From Deltaproteobacteria bacterium TL4 (lineage in GTDB: Bacteria; SAR324; NAC60-12): a stretch of 64,000 bases of DNA. Below are positions 52,218 through 62,600 of the stretch, one piece after another. Where the stretch lies: NCBI GenBank assembly GCA_051382335.1, contig JBBCAX010000349.1:1-64000 (forward strand), read 5' to 3'. The first letter of the stretch is position 1; each line of letters begins with the position of its first letter. A model generated the notes under the pieces. The model ran no database searches. It was not told the DNA's origin and worked only from the letters and a program-made list of their open reading frames with translations. Both the position numbers and the translations under genes were made by a program.

Positions 52218-52799
52218 ATGAAAATAAAATCAGCAGAATTTATTATAAGCGCCGCATCAGAACAACAATTTTACGAGACTCAACTTAACGAAGTCGCCTT
52301 TGCCGGAAAATCTAATGTTGGCAAGTCCACGTTAATTAATTCTTTGTTAAACCGGAGACAGCTAGTCAAAACAAGTTCAACCCCCGGGAAAACACAACTG
52401 ATCAATTTCTTTTTGATTAATTCGATGTTTCACCTGGTGGATTTGCCCGGATATGGCTTTGCAAAAGTTCCTGATCATGTCAAAAATCAATGGAAACAGT
52501 TGGTTGAGGTGTATTTATCTCAAAGAGACGTGCTGCAAGGAGTGGTCTTGATTATTGATGTTCGACACGGTCCCAGTCAAGCGGATATACAACTCAAAGG
52601 TTGGTTAGATCACTATCAACGCCGGACTTTAATTGTTGCCAATAAAGCGGATAAACTCAAAAGAGGGCAGCGCCTGGAACAGCAAAAAATGATTCAGACG
52701 AAAATGGGAATGGAAACCCTTCCGATACTGCATTCATCTTTAGAGGGCATAGGAAAGTCAGAAATTTGGAGCGTTTTAGATCGTTGGCTGAATCCCTAA
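52218..52799 (+). CDS. engB: Ribosome biogenesis GTPase YihA/YsxC
   Basis: GKSNVGKS, TSSTPGKT, DLPGYG and NKAD. Confidence 0.95.
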   Translation: MKIKSAEFIISAASEQQFYETQLNEVAFAGKSNVGKSTLINSLLNRRQLVKTSSTPGKTQLINFFLINSMFHLVDLPGYGFAKVPDHVKNQWKQLVEVYLSQRDVLQGVVLIIDVRHGPSQADIQLKGWLDHYQRRTLIVANKADKLKRGQRLEQQKMIQTKMGMETLPILHSSLEGIGKSEIWSVLDRWLNP

Positions 52800-52914
52800 T
52801 ATAGCAATAAAGGCAGAAAACTCACCCGGTTGCGTGATCCGTTCAACTCTTTTTTAGGAGTGCCAAAGCTTGCTTGGTACTCCACACAGTCTAGGTGACT
52901 GACGTTGAGTATAA

Positions 52915-52997
52915 GTAGGGTGCCGCTTAAGCGAAGCGAGCGCACCACAGCGGATCGCCATTTTCTGGTGCGCTCGCTTCGCTTAAGCGCACCCTAC
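52915..52997. repeat. REPIN: inverted pair of GTAG-type REPs
   Basis: GTAGGGTGC(C)GCTTAAGCGAAGCGAGCGCACC ... GGTGCGCTCGCTTCGCTTAAGCGCACCCTAC; the arms differ by one inserted C. Confidence 0.85.
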
Positions 52998-53069
52998 AAC
53001 CCATTCTCGGACTAGGTGACTCAAGTGACTATTCAATGAACAGCTATCATACCGATTTTGCCACAGCCA

Positions 53070-53510
53070 TTACTTAGTTTCCGTTTCTAACTTTGAAGAC
53101 TCGATTTGAAGTTTCCATTGCCTGGTCAACTGTTGAATGAGTGCTCCTTTTTCCTGAACTTCGACGAGTTGATACTCTCCTAAAAAATCGCCTTCTTTTA
53201 CCAAATATTTCAATTTTCCAATTTGTATCAAGGCATAACGCCCATTGGCTTCCAACAGAATTCCTTTGAGTTGGGGAAAAGGGGTCAGTTCCTGCGAATG
53301 CGATTCTTCTTTTGGGGGTGCTTCTGAGGTGGACTTAAGGGGAAGTTTAGTGACATTGACATTGGCGTTAGTTGTTTTTTTTGATTCCAGCAAGCTTGAA
53401 AAAGGATTATGGCTTTCGGAAGAAGCTCCCGCTTTCTCCTGCCCTTGCGCGACAGGAATCCAGAAAAATAGGATAAAACCTACAAATCCAGCAAACGTTA
53501 TGACTTTCAT
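53070..53510 (-). CDS. PilP-like type IV pilus/T2SS accessory protein
   Basis: Signal peptide, NPF, LKGIL...ALI...VKEGDFLG; follows pilO. Confidence 0.6.
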   Translation of the reverse strand: MKVITFAGFVGFILFFWIPVAQGQEKAGASSESHNPFSSLLESKKTTNANVNVTKLPLKSTSEAPPKEESHSQELTPFPQLKGILLEANGRYALIQIGKLKYLVKEGDFLGEYQLVEVQEKGALIQQLTRQWKLQIESSKLETETK

Positions 53511-53515
53511 GAAGC

Positions 53516-54163
53516 TTAGCCTTTCTGTGGAGGTGCCTTCATTTCAAACGGAAGACGGCGATAAACACTCAATTGGATGCTCACGTGCAACGGAGGTTGC
53601 TGCTGTTTTAAAATCGGATTTTCTACTTCCAACTTACGAATATTGACCATAATCGGAAGCTGTTTCATTGCGGAAACCAAAGTTAATAATTGCTGATAAC
53701 TGCCTGATAATTCTTGGTGGATTTTTATTTCTGCATAATGCTCGAACTCAGATTCTGGCAAAAAGACCTGTTTGATCAAGAGCATCCCACTCGTGTCAAT
53801 CGCCTGATAGAGGTACTGATTTAATAAGGCAAAATTCCATGTCAACGGCAAGGCCTCCTCGATTTTTTTAAGCCTTTCCTCCATTTCGATAGACTGCTTT
53901 TCAAAACGGGTTTGAAATTTTTGATACTGATCAATTTCTCTAAGTTTCCCCCTGGCCTCTTGCAACTGGCTGGACAAGAGCTGTTCGTGAAGAATCATGG
54001 GACGGAGTTGCACATTGTAAATCAGGGAACCTATAAAGGCGAAGACGAGTATCATCAAAACCCAACCTTTGGTGGAGGGGTGACTCCAATCGACGGAGGA
54101 TACAGGCTTCCATTCCATAAACACCTTTTTCAAGCTCTCAAGTTGAGAAGGGATGATCTCCAA
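53516..54163 (-). CDS. pilO: PilO-like type IV pilus alignment protein
   Basis: TM plus coiled coil, LP, YAEIKI...GSYQQL...LPIMVNI. Confidence 0.7.
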   Translation of the reverse strand: MEIIPSQLESLKKVFMEWKPVSSVDWSHPSTKGWVLMILVFAFIGSLIYNVQLRPMILHEQLLSSQLQEARGKLREIDQYQKFQTRFEKQSIEMEERLKKIEEALPLTWNFALLNQYLYQAIDTSGMLLIKQVFLPESEFEHYAEIKIHQELSGSYQQLLTLVSAMKQLPIMVNIRKLEVENPILKQQQPPLHVSIQLSVYRRLPFEMKAPPQKG

Positions 54164-54180
54164 AGTAAGAAAGGAATGTC

Positions 54181-54211
54181 AACCTGAAGCCTGGGAGTCT
54201 GGCTTCAGGTT
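54181..54211. terminator. Hairpin directly after rpsA (terminator or processing site)
   Basis: AACCTGAAGC/GCTTCAGGTT inverted repeat, with only a weak U-tract on the rpsA strand. Confidence 0.45.
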
Positions 54212-54231
54212 TTATAAAAAAGGCAGCTTGA

Positions 54232-56049
54232 TTATTCCTCAGAACCCGCTGTTTTTGCGGAAGTTTGAGTTTCATTAGCGTCCACTGCCGCACTTTTGGC
54301 TGTGGCCGCTCCGGAATGTGCGCCTTCTGGGGCACCCTTCGGTGCTTTTGCCGTAGTATGTGCAGCAGGAACTTTGGGGGCTTCTGCTCCAACGATTTCC
54401 AGAATACTTAAACCTAAGCGACGATCCTCTGGATCAATTTTGATCACTCTGGAACGTACATCGGTTCCAATAGGATAGAATTCCGTCAACTTCCCTTTAG
54501 GGATGGCAGGATCAATTTCAGAAATATGGACTAACCCTTCGACACCTTCCAAGACCTCAACAAAAATACCAAAGTCCGTCAAATTGACGACTTTTCCAAC
54601 GACTTCACTATTTAGAGGAAATTTTTCATCAAGGTTCTTCCAAGGATCTTCACTCAATTGTTTGATTCCAAGGGAGAGACGTTCCTGATCCACATCAATG
54701 TTGAGGATCTTGACTTCGATTTCATCGCCCTTACGAGCAAATTCGGAAGGTTTCCGTTGTCGCTGACCCCATGAAATATCGGAAATATGCACCAAACCGT
54801 CAATTCCTTCTTCCAAGCCCACAAAAATTCCAAAGTCGGTCACATTCCGAACCTTACCTTTAACAATACTGCCGACAGGATAGCGATCCATTGCCAGCTT
54901 CCAAGGATTAGGCTGAGCTTCTTTGATGGACAGAGAAATCCGCTTACGATCAACATCCAATTCTTTGACAATGGCTTCAACCGCTTCATTCAATTGAACA
55001 ATTTTTGAAGGATGTCGGACTTTTTTGGTCCATGACATTTCGGAAACATGAATCAAGCCCTCAACACCAGGTTCCAATTCGATGAAAGCGCCATAATCGG
55101 TGAGGCTTACGATCTTACCTTCAATTCGGGTACCCACTGGATATTTCTCATCCACAGAATTCCAAGGATTCGCTGATTTCTGTTTGAGTCCTAAAGAAAC
55201 TTTTTGATCATCAGCATCATACTTAAGCACCATTACTTCAACTTCATCGCCAATGGCAAACATTTCGGAAGGATGAACAATACGTCCCCAGGTAATATCC
55301 GTAATATGCAGCAATCCATCAACACCGCCCAAGTCAATGAACACACCATAATCAGTGATATTTTTAACATGTCCCTTGATGAGTGTATCTTCTTTGAGAA
55401 TCTGAAGTGTCTTCTTACGTCGCTCTTCTCGGTCAATTTCCAAAAGTGCACGTCGAGAAAGAACAATATTTCCACGTTTTTGATTAAACTTAAGAATTTT
55501 AAACTGAAACGTTTCTCCGAGTAACTTGTCCAAGTTACGGACAGGGCGTAAATCTACTTGAGAACCTGGCAAGAAAGCCTTCACTCCAATATCAACAGAA
55601 AGTCCGCCTTTGATGCGTGCCACAATATTTCCATCAACGGTTCCGTTGTTTTCATAGATTTGACCAATTTTTTCCCAGACTCTGAGCTTCACCGCTTTGT
55701 CTTTTGAAAGTATGGTTACTCCATCTTCAGACTCCAACGCTTCGACGTAAACCTCAACATCATCCCCGGGTTTTACGTTACATTTGCCATCTTCACCCAA
55801 AAATTCACTAACAGGAATTAAGCCCTGAGATTTAAATCCAATGTCAATATTGACATAATCTTTGCTGATACTTGCAACTTTTCCAATGGTGATTTCTTGT
55901 TCAACAATGCTGGTGAGTGATTGCTCATAAAGCGCTTCAAAATCACCGTCATCAACGAATGATATGGAAAAAAGAGAGGGGCTTTTTGTTTCAATTGTTG
56001 TTTCAATTGTTGTTTCAATCGTTGTTTCAATTACTGTATTTTCTGTCAT
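54232..56049 (-). CDS. rpsA: 30S ribosomal protein S1
   Basis: Six S1 repeats: AFLPGSQVD, DYGVFIDLGGVDGLLHITD, DYGAFIELEPGVEGLIHVSE and others. Confidence 0.97.
   Translation of the reverse strand: MTENTVIETTIETTIETTIETKSPSLFSISFVDDGDFEALYEQSLTSIVEQEITIGKVASISKDYVNIDIGFKSQGLIPVSEFLGEDGKCNVKPGDDVEVYVEALESEDGVTILSKDKAVKLRVWEKIGQIYENNGTVDGNIVARIKGGLSVDIGVKAFLPGSQVDLRPVRNLDKLLGETFQFKILKFNQKRGNIVLSRRALLEIDREERRKKTLQILKEDTLIKGHVKNITDYGVFIDLGGVDGLLHITDITWGRIVHPSEMFAIGDEVEVMVLKYDADDQKVSLGLKQKSANPWNSVDEKYPVGTRIEGKIVSLTDYGAFIELEPGVEGLIHVSEMSWTKKVRHPSKIVQLNEAVEAIVKELDVDRKRISLSIKEAQPNPWKLAMDRYPVGSIVKGKVRNVTDFGIFVGLEEGIDGLVHISDISWGQRQRKPSEFARKGDEIEVKILNIDVDQERLSLGIKQLSEDPWKNLDEKFPLNSEVVGKVVNLTDFGIFVEVLEGVEGLVHISEIDPAIPKGKLTEFYPIGTDVRSRVIKIDPEDRRLGLSILEIVGAEAPKVPAAHTTAKAPKGAPEGAHSGAATAKSAAVDANETQTSAKTAGSEE
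55987..56032. repeat. In-frame 12-bp tandem repeat (about 3.8 copies) in the rpsA 5' end
   Basis: TGTTTCAATTGT units encoding (T)IET repeats. Confidence 0.9.
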
Positions 56050-56571
56050 GATACCGATATAAGTAACAATATGCGTTAAAAGAGCATACCGGTTAAAGGT
56101 TAATAAAATAAGTAAAACGTCATTGTCTTACCCATCAGAAACGCTTTCCAATCGGGTAAAGCGTCACAAAAACCCGAAAAAATGTGGCTTGGCGAGGACT
56201 TCTCCTCCACACCATGGCACAAGGACGGACCAAAATGCCAGATTTATCCAAATAGTCAATTTATTAACTGACTCGACTTTGAACAATTTGCTCAATATTA
56301 CTCCTGAATAAAATCAGAGACTTATAAAGTCGTATTAGAATTAATGATAGGTTTGGCCTGAAAAACGGGAAATAATAACCTTGCATTAATTCATTCATAA
56401 AATAAAACCACTGATATTATTGAATAATTAAAACTAAAACCATGAATCAAATGTTCAAAGTCCAGTAACTGAGGTACATGAATGATTTTAAAACGGGGAT
56501 TCCCTGGTCTCCAAAGGGGAAAACCTCTTAAATCGGGGGGCCTCATGCCAGAAATACGAATTAGAATAAAA

Positions 56572-56600
56572 TTGAAAATAGGGAGTATTTCTTCTACGAT
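56572..56600 (+). promoter_or_regulatory. Candidate sigma70 promoter for the 2089-aa gene
   Basis: TTGAAA-17 nt-TACGAT, 57 nt upstream of the ATG. Confidence 0.45.
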
Positions 56601-56657
56601 GAAACTAATGGTGATGAATCACGAAGTATTCGGTAAAATTTTGGTTGAGGTGGAACA

Positions 56658-59600
56658 ATGACTATTCGTATTTTGACTGCCGTGTGGACTCTCTTCTGGT
56701 TCAATATCGCCTTGGGAAATGAACTTGGGTTTCTGGAAACCTTCAGTTTGGCCTCAAATCGTCAAGCAGCCTTAAAACAGCTCATTCCGGGAACGGAGGA
56801 TTACTATTATTATCACAGTCTTCATGCTCAAAATGAAGGCCAGTGGGACCATTTGGCGCAATATCTTGAACCTTGGATTAAACGTTATGGCTATACCCTC
56901 CAAGTGAATGAAATCCTGAATCGACAAGCCTTATTTGAATATCCTCAAAACCCTCAAAAATCTCTCGATTATTTAAAAAGGAAACTGGGATTATACTTCA
57001 ATCACCAAAAAGAAGTAACGCGACAACAAAGTAATTTTCCCAGTAAATTGGACGAATCCTTGATTGAGTGGAATCAGCTTTTGGAAAGAGCCTTAACACG
57101 CTATCAAGGGCTTCAGGACTTTGAGAATCAAGGGATAGAGTATCTGGATGCTGGCTCGTTGGATCCTAAACGGCAACGTCAATTCCTGCAGCGTTTGGAA
57201 ACTCCGGATTATCCAAACCTGGCACGATGGATTGTGAGTGATCTCAGGTTTGAACACAGCTCCGGATTTGGCTCTCATCCGATTCACGGACGTTTGACCT
57301 TGAGCCAGCTACAGGAATGCGCTCGTCAAATGCCTGAACTGCTCAATCATTCTGTATTCATCAACACCTATCTAAAACGTTTGTGGCCGAGTGATGATGT
57401 GAACTGGCAACAAAATATTCCAGAAAAAGAAGCCTACTATGATCGGCTTTGGCAGTTTGTCAAGAGTTTACCTCCCTCTCAAAACTCCTTGAAAGCTCAT
57501 GTACTTTATCACCGTTTGTTCCATGACCGAAGCCAGGGTGTTCTGGATAAAGCTCGGTTTACAGAATACATAAAGCTTCCCAAACAAAGCAACTACGCGA
57601 ATCCCCAATATTTCAACCATTATCAGAATCGACAATTTCAGGCCAACCTGGGCACCAATTACCAGGAAGTCACGCAGCTTCCTCCGATCACTGATGATGA
57701 ACCCTTAATACGGGATTATCTGCAGTACTTTTTTGTGAAAGCAGAGGGCTATGAGTCTTATCGTGATTATTTTCAAGAGTCGTATTTAAAAGCACTTTTT
57801 GCGGAAACCAAGTTGCTTCATGGGGTAGGTGACGCTGAAGCCTGGTATTCCCTGTTATCACCCGAAAAAGTTCATGAATTACAGGAACAAGTTGTGCTTC
57901 AACTGGCTCCCCTCAACAAGGAGTGGTTTGGAAGTCAGGAACCGGTGCGGCTTAGTGTTTCCGTGAAGAACGTTAAAACATTGTTGGTTAAAATCTATCA
58001 AATCAATACATTGAATTATTACAAACAGAACAACAAAGAAATCCCCTTAGACATCAACCTTGAGGGACTGGTCGCCAAGGAAGAAAAAACCTACCCTTAT
58101 GAAGAAGTTCCCCTACGCCAGGTGTTGAGGCATTTTGAGTTTCCCTCCCTGGAAAAATCGGGAACCGCAATCATTGAGTTTATTGGAAACGGAAAAAGCA
58201 GTCGTGCGCTGATTCGTAAAGGGCGACTTTATTTTGTACAGAAACAAAGCGCGTCCGGGCATGAATTTACCTTGTTTGATGAGCGTTTCAATCTTTTGAA
58301 ATCTGGTAGTATATGGCTCTCAGGACACCATTATACCGCGGACTCCACCGGACATATCCTCGTCCCTTATACCAATCGGCCTCAACGAACATCAATCATT
58401 CTTCAAGCGAAGGATCGGGCAACCTTAAGTCATTTTCAACATGCTTCCGAAGCCTACTCTTTATCCGCGGGGCTTTATGTTGACCGGGAGCATTTATTGA
58501 GACACCAAAAAGCCAAGGTGTTGATCAAACCTTCACTTTTGATCAATAATAATCCCATCTCGCTCAATCTGCTCAAAAATCCCGGTTTGCAAATTGAAAC
58601 AGTGGATCATGACGGTGTTAAAGTGCTCAAGGAAGTTCCGAATATTCAATTGTTTGAGGATCAGGAAACACTCTATGAATTTCAAGTTCCACCAAGACTT
58701 TCCACCTTACAGTTGAGACTGAAAGGCGAAGTCCAGAACCTCAGTCAAAACAAAACCGAGACTCTTGAGGCTTCCAGTATTTTTTCATTCAATCAGTTGG
58801 ATGCCACGTCACAAACCGAAGTTTTCTATTTGAGTCAGGTGGATGACACTTATCGCTTGGAGTTATTGGGCAAAAGTGGAGAAGCACAAGCAGGCCGTAC
58901 CGTCACCGTACAATTGAAGCACAAATATTTTCATGAAATGATTTATGCCTTATTACAAACAGATCAAAACGGAATCATCCAGCTAGGGAAGCTTTTAAAT
59001 ATTGACTGGATTACGGCTAATATTGACCAATCTCAAAGCAGCAAACCACAACGTTTTTCCCTGGAACAGGATCATTATAGCTATCCGCTTTCAATTCACG
59101 CGAAGGCAAACTCTCCGCTTAGCATTCCCTACATCGGGCCACAAAACACACTGACACGACAGCAAGTGGCTTTGTTTGAAAAACGAGGATCCGATCTTTT
59201 CAACAATCACTTTGAGCGCTTGAAATTGGAAAAAGGCTTTTTGGAAATTCAGGGCTTAGCCCCTGGAAATTATGAACTGCATCTCAAACAAGCGCGTCAA
59301 GTGATTGATGTACGTGTGACTCAAGGCGTGGAAAAACAAGATTATTTATTATCGGAGCGCCGTCTTTTGCAGTTTCGCGAACGTCCCTTTCTTCATATTT
59401 CTGATATAAAAGCAACTACAAAACAAATCAGCATTCAATTGGCCAATTATTCCAAATTTTCAAGGGTCCATGTTATCGCGACACGGTTTGTGCCTGATTT
59501 TTCTGTTTTTAAGCCATTAATTCCGCGGCAAACAACATTATCCACACAACAGTTTTCGCAACCTCAGTCCCGTTATCATTCTGAACGACGTATTGGGGAT

Positions 59601-62600
59601 GAAGTCCAATATATTCTGGATCGGCAATTATTTAACCCGTATCCGGGAAATATGCTCAAACATCCCAGTTTACTGCTGAATCCCATGAACTTGAGTCAGA
59701 CGGAAACTCAAACACAACAAGCCTCAGAAGGCGAGCCTTTGTACGACCGTGAAGAGGGAAGAGACGTCGCAAATCGTTTATCAAAACAAAGGAGTCTTCC
59801 CGTTCCTCAGAATGAAAGTTTTGTGAACCTCGACTTCCTTTCCAAAACTTCGGTAGTTCTGACCAATTTACGGCCCAATTCTCAAGGGCGCTTGAGTCTG
59901 GACCCTCAGCAGTTTGCGGGGTATTCTCAACTCCACATAGTCGCCGTTGACCCGGAAAACACAGTTTATCGTAAAGTGAAATTGACAGAGGTCCAAAATA
60001 ATTTTCAGGATGTGCGATTACAAACTCCTCTTGAATCTGAAAAACACTATAGTGAACAAAAACAGATTGCGGTGATTCCTGCTGGAAAATTGTTTGTTCT
60101 TAAGGATATCAGCACCTCAACTTTTGAAGCCTACGACCAGTTGTCTGAAGTTTATCAATTATTTTTGACCTTGAATCCTGACGCAAAATTGACTGAGTTT
60201 CAGTTTGTCACCCAATGGCAGGAGTTGACCAAGGATCAAAAATTAGAAAAATATTCAAAATATGCCAGCCATGAGCTGCATTTCTTTTTATTTAAAAAAG
60301 ACCCCGTGTTTTTTAATCAGGTCGTTCATCCTTACCTTCAGCATAAGCAGCATAAAACATTTTTGGATCAGTGGTTTTTAAAAGACGATCTCTCCTCGTA
60401 TCAACGTTTGTGGCCCTACACTCAACTCAATACCGTGGAGCAAATTCTTTTGGCGCAACGAATTCCAGAAGAAGCCAAAGCAACCTTACGGACCATTACA
60501 GACCGTTATGATCTGCTGCCTCCAGATTTGGAGCGGGAGCATTTGTTATTCAAAACGGCTTTATCCCGAAGCTCCTTGGACGTAGGAGGGAAGTTAGGAT
60601 TTGCGGACGCAAAGCAAAAAGCGCTTCAAATGAAAAAGGCTTCCCTTCGAGATGAGTTCTCCTCAATAAAGGAAACCGCACCGGCCCCCGCAGGATTTGA
60701 AACAGAGGCTGCTTCTGAAGCAAAGGCAAACAGACCGTCTGCAATGGCACCCCAAATGATGGCCGCGTCTCCGGCCTCGAAAAGAAAAGGGGGCAGAGAA
60801 GGGGAACAATTTTACAAAAAGGAAGAAAAACGGCGACAACTGGTACGACCGTTTTATCGGAAATTGGAAAAAACACAGGAATGGGTTGAAAATAATTATT
60901 ACAATCTTGTGCCAGAATTACAAAACGCGTCTTTGATTCAGGTTAATCGTTTTTGGAAAGATTACGCCAGGCATAACAAAGAGACCTTGTTCCTTTCGAA
61001 GTATATAGCAGAAGCTTCCCTGAACTTTAGCGAAATCATGTTCGCGTTATCAGTCCTTGAGCTTCCAGACAAAGCGGAAGAACATAAAGTGGAATATAAG
61101 GGAACCCAAATGGAATTAACGGCTAAAAGTCCGATGATTGTATATTACAAAGCCATACAGGAAACGCCTTTGGTTGAAGACAAAGTTCCCCTATTGATCA
61201 ATCAGCATTATTTCAACTATAATGACCGTTATCGTTATGTAAGCAATGAACGTCAGGAAAAATACGTAACGGGTGAGTTTTTGATTCATACAGTTTATGG
61301 AACGCAGGTGGTGATCACCAATCCTACGGCTTCTCAAAAAAAATTAGATGTCTTGATGCAAATTCCTCAAGGGGCGGTCCCTGTGCTGAATGGCTTTTAT
61401 ACCCGCAGTTTTCACTGGAAGATTGAGCCTTATTCCACGAAACAGTTTGAATATCATTTTTACTTTCCGAAATCGGGTCTTTATTCCCACTATCCGGCCC
61501 ATGTCGCGGACAAGGAGCAGATTATTGCTTATAGTTCGCCTTCCACAATAAAAGTGGTTGAAAGGCCAACCCAAGTGGACAAGGACTCCTGGAATTACAT
61601 TTCACAATCTGCTTCTGATGAAGAAGTATTAGCCTTTCTATATAAAAATAATCTGCATCGCCTTGATTTAAATCGCATCGCTTTTCGGATGCGGAATCAG
61701 GAGTTTTTCAAGCAAGTGCTTGTCTTGTTGGACACCTTTCATGTCTATAACGATACCCTTTGGAGTTATAGTATTTACCATGATGACAAAACCCGATTGA
61801 AAGATTATCTCGAACACTCCAGTTTGCTTCAACAAAGTGGCGAATTTTTGGAGAGCCTCTTAGTCACCATAGATCCCATAGAGCGTAAAACTTATCAACA
61901 CCGCGAATACTGGCCTCTTGTGAACGCCAGAGTGCACCAACTGGGATCGAGTCGTCAGCTTCTGAATCAACGTCTATTTCAGCAATATCAAAAGTTCTTG
62001 AAAATTATGAGCTACCGGACATCGCTAAACAGCTCAGACTTCATGGCGTTGTCCTATTATATGCTGCTTCAAGGTCGAATAGACAGTGCGCTCGACGCCT
62101 ATCGTCAGGTTGAGGCTAAAAAGATCAGCACTCAACTCCAATATGATTATCTAACCGCTTATCTTGCCTTTTATCGCCTGAATTATGAGCAAGCGCACGC
62201 CATTGCGACCCGTTATCAGGAATATCCTGTATTGCGTTGGAAAAACGCTTTTTTAGAGATTCTGCAACAGCTTAAAGAAGCTGGCGGAGAATCAACCTCT
62301 GTCGTGAATTCCGAGGATCGGTCAGAGTTACAAACTCAACTTGCCTCCACGGAACCCAGTTATGATTTTGAAGTGCAGGGCAAACACATGGTGATTCGCT
62401 ATCAAAACATAAAACAATGCGGTATTCATTATTATCCGATGGATATTGAACTCTTATTTTCACGAAATCCCTTTGTGAAACAATACTCAGGACAATTTGC
62501 TTATGTAACGCCTTCATCCTCAACAACCCTGTCTCTTCCCAAGGATCAAAAAGAAACAACAGCCGCACTGCCCGCGCAATTCAATAATCAGAATGTGATG

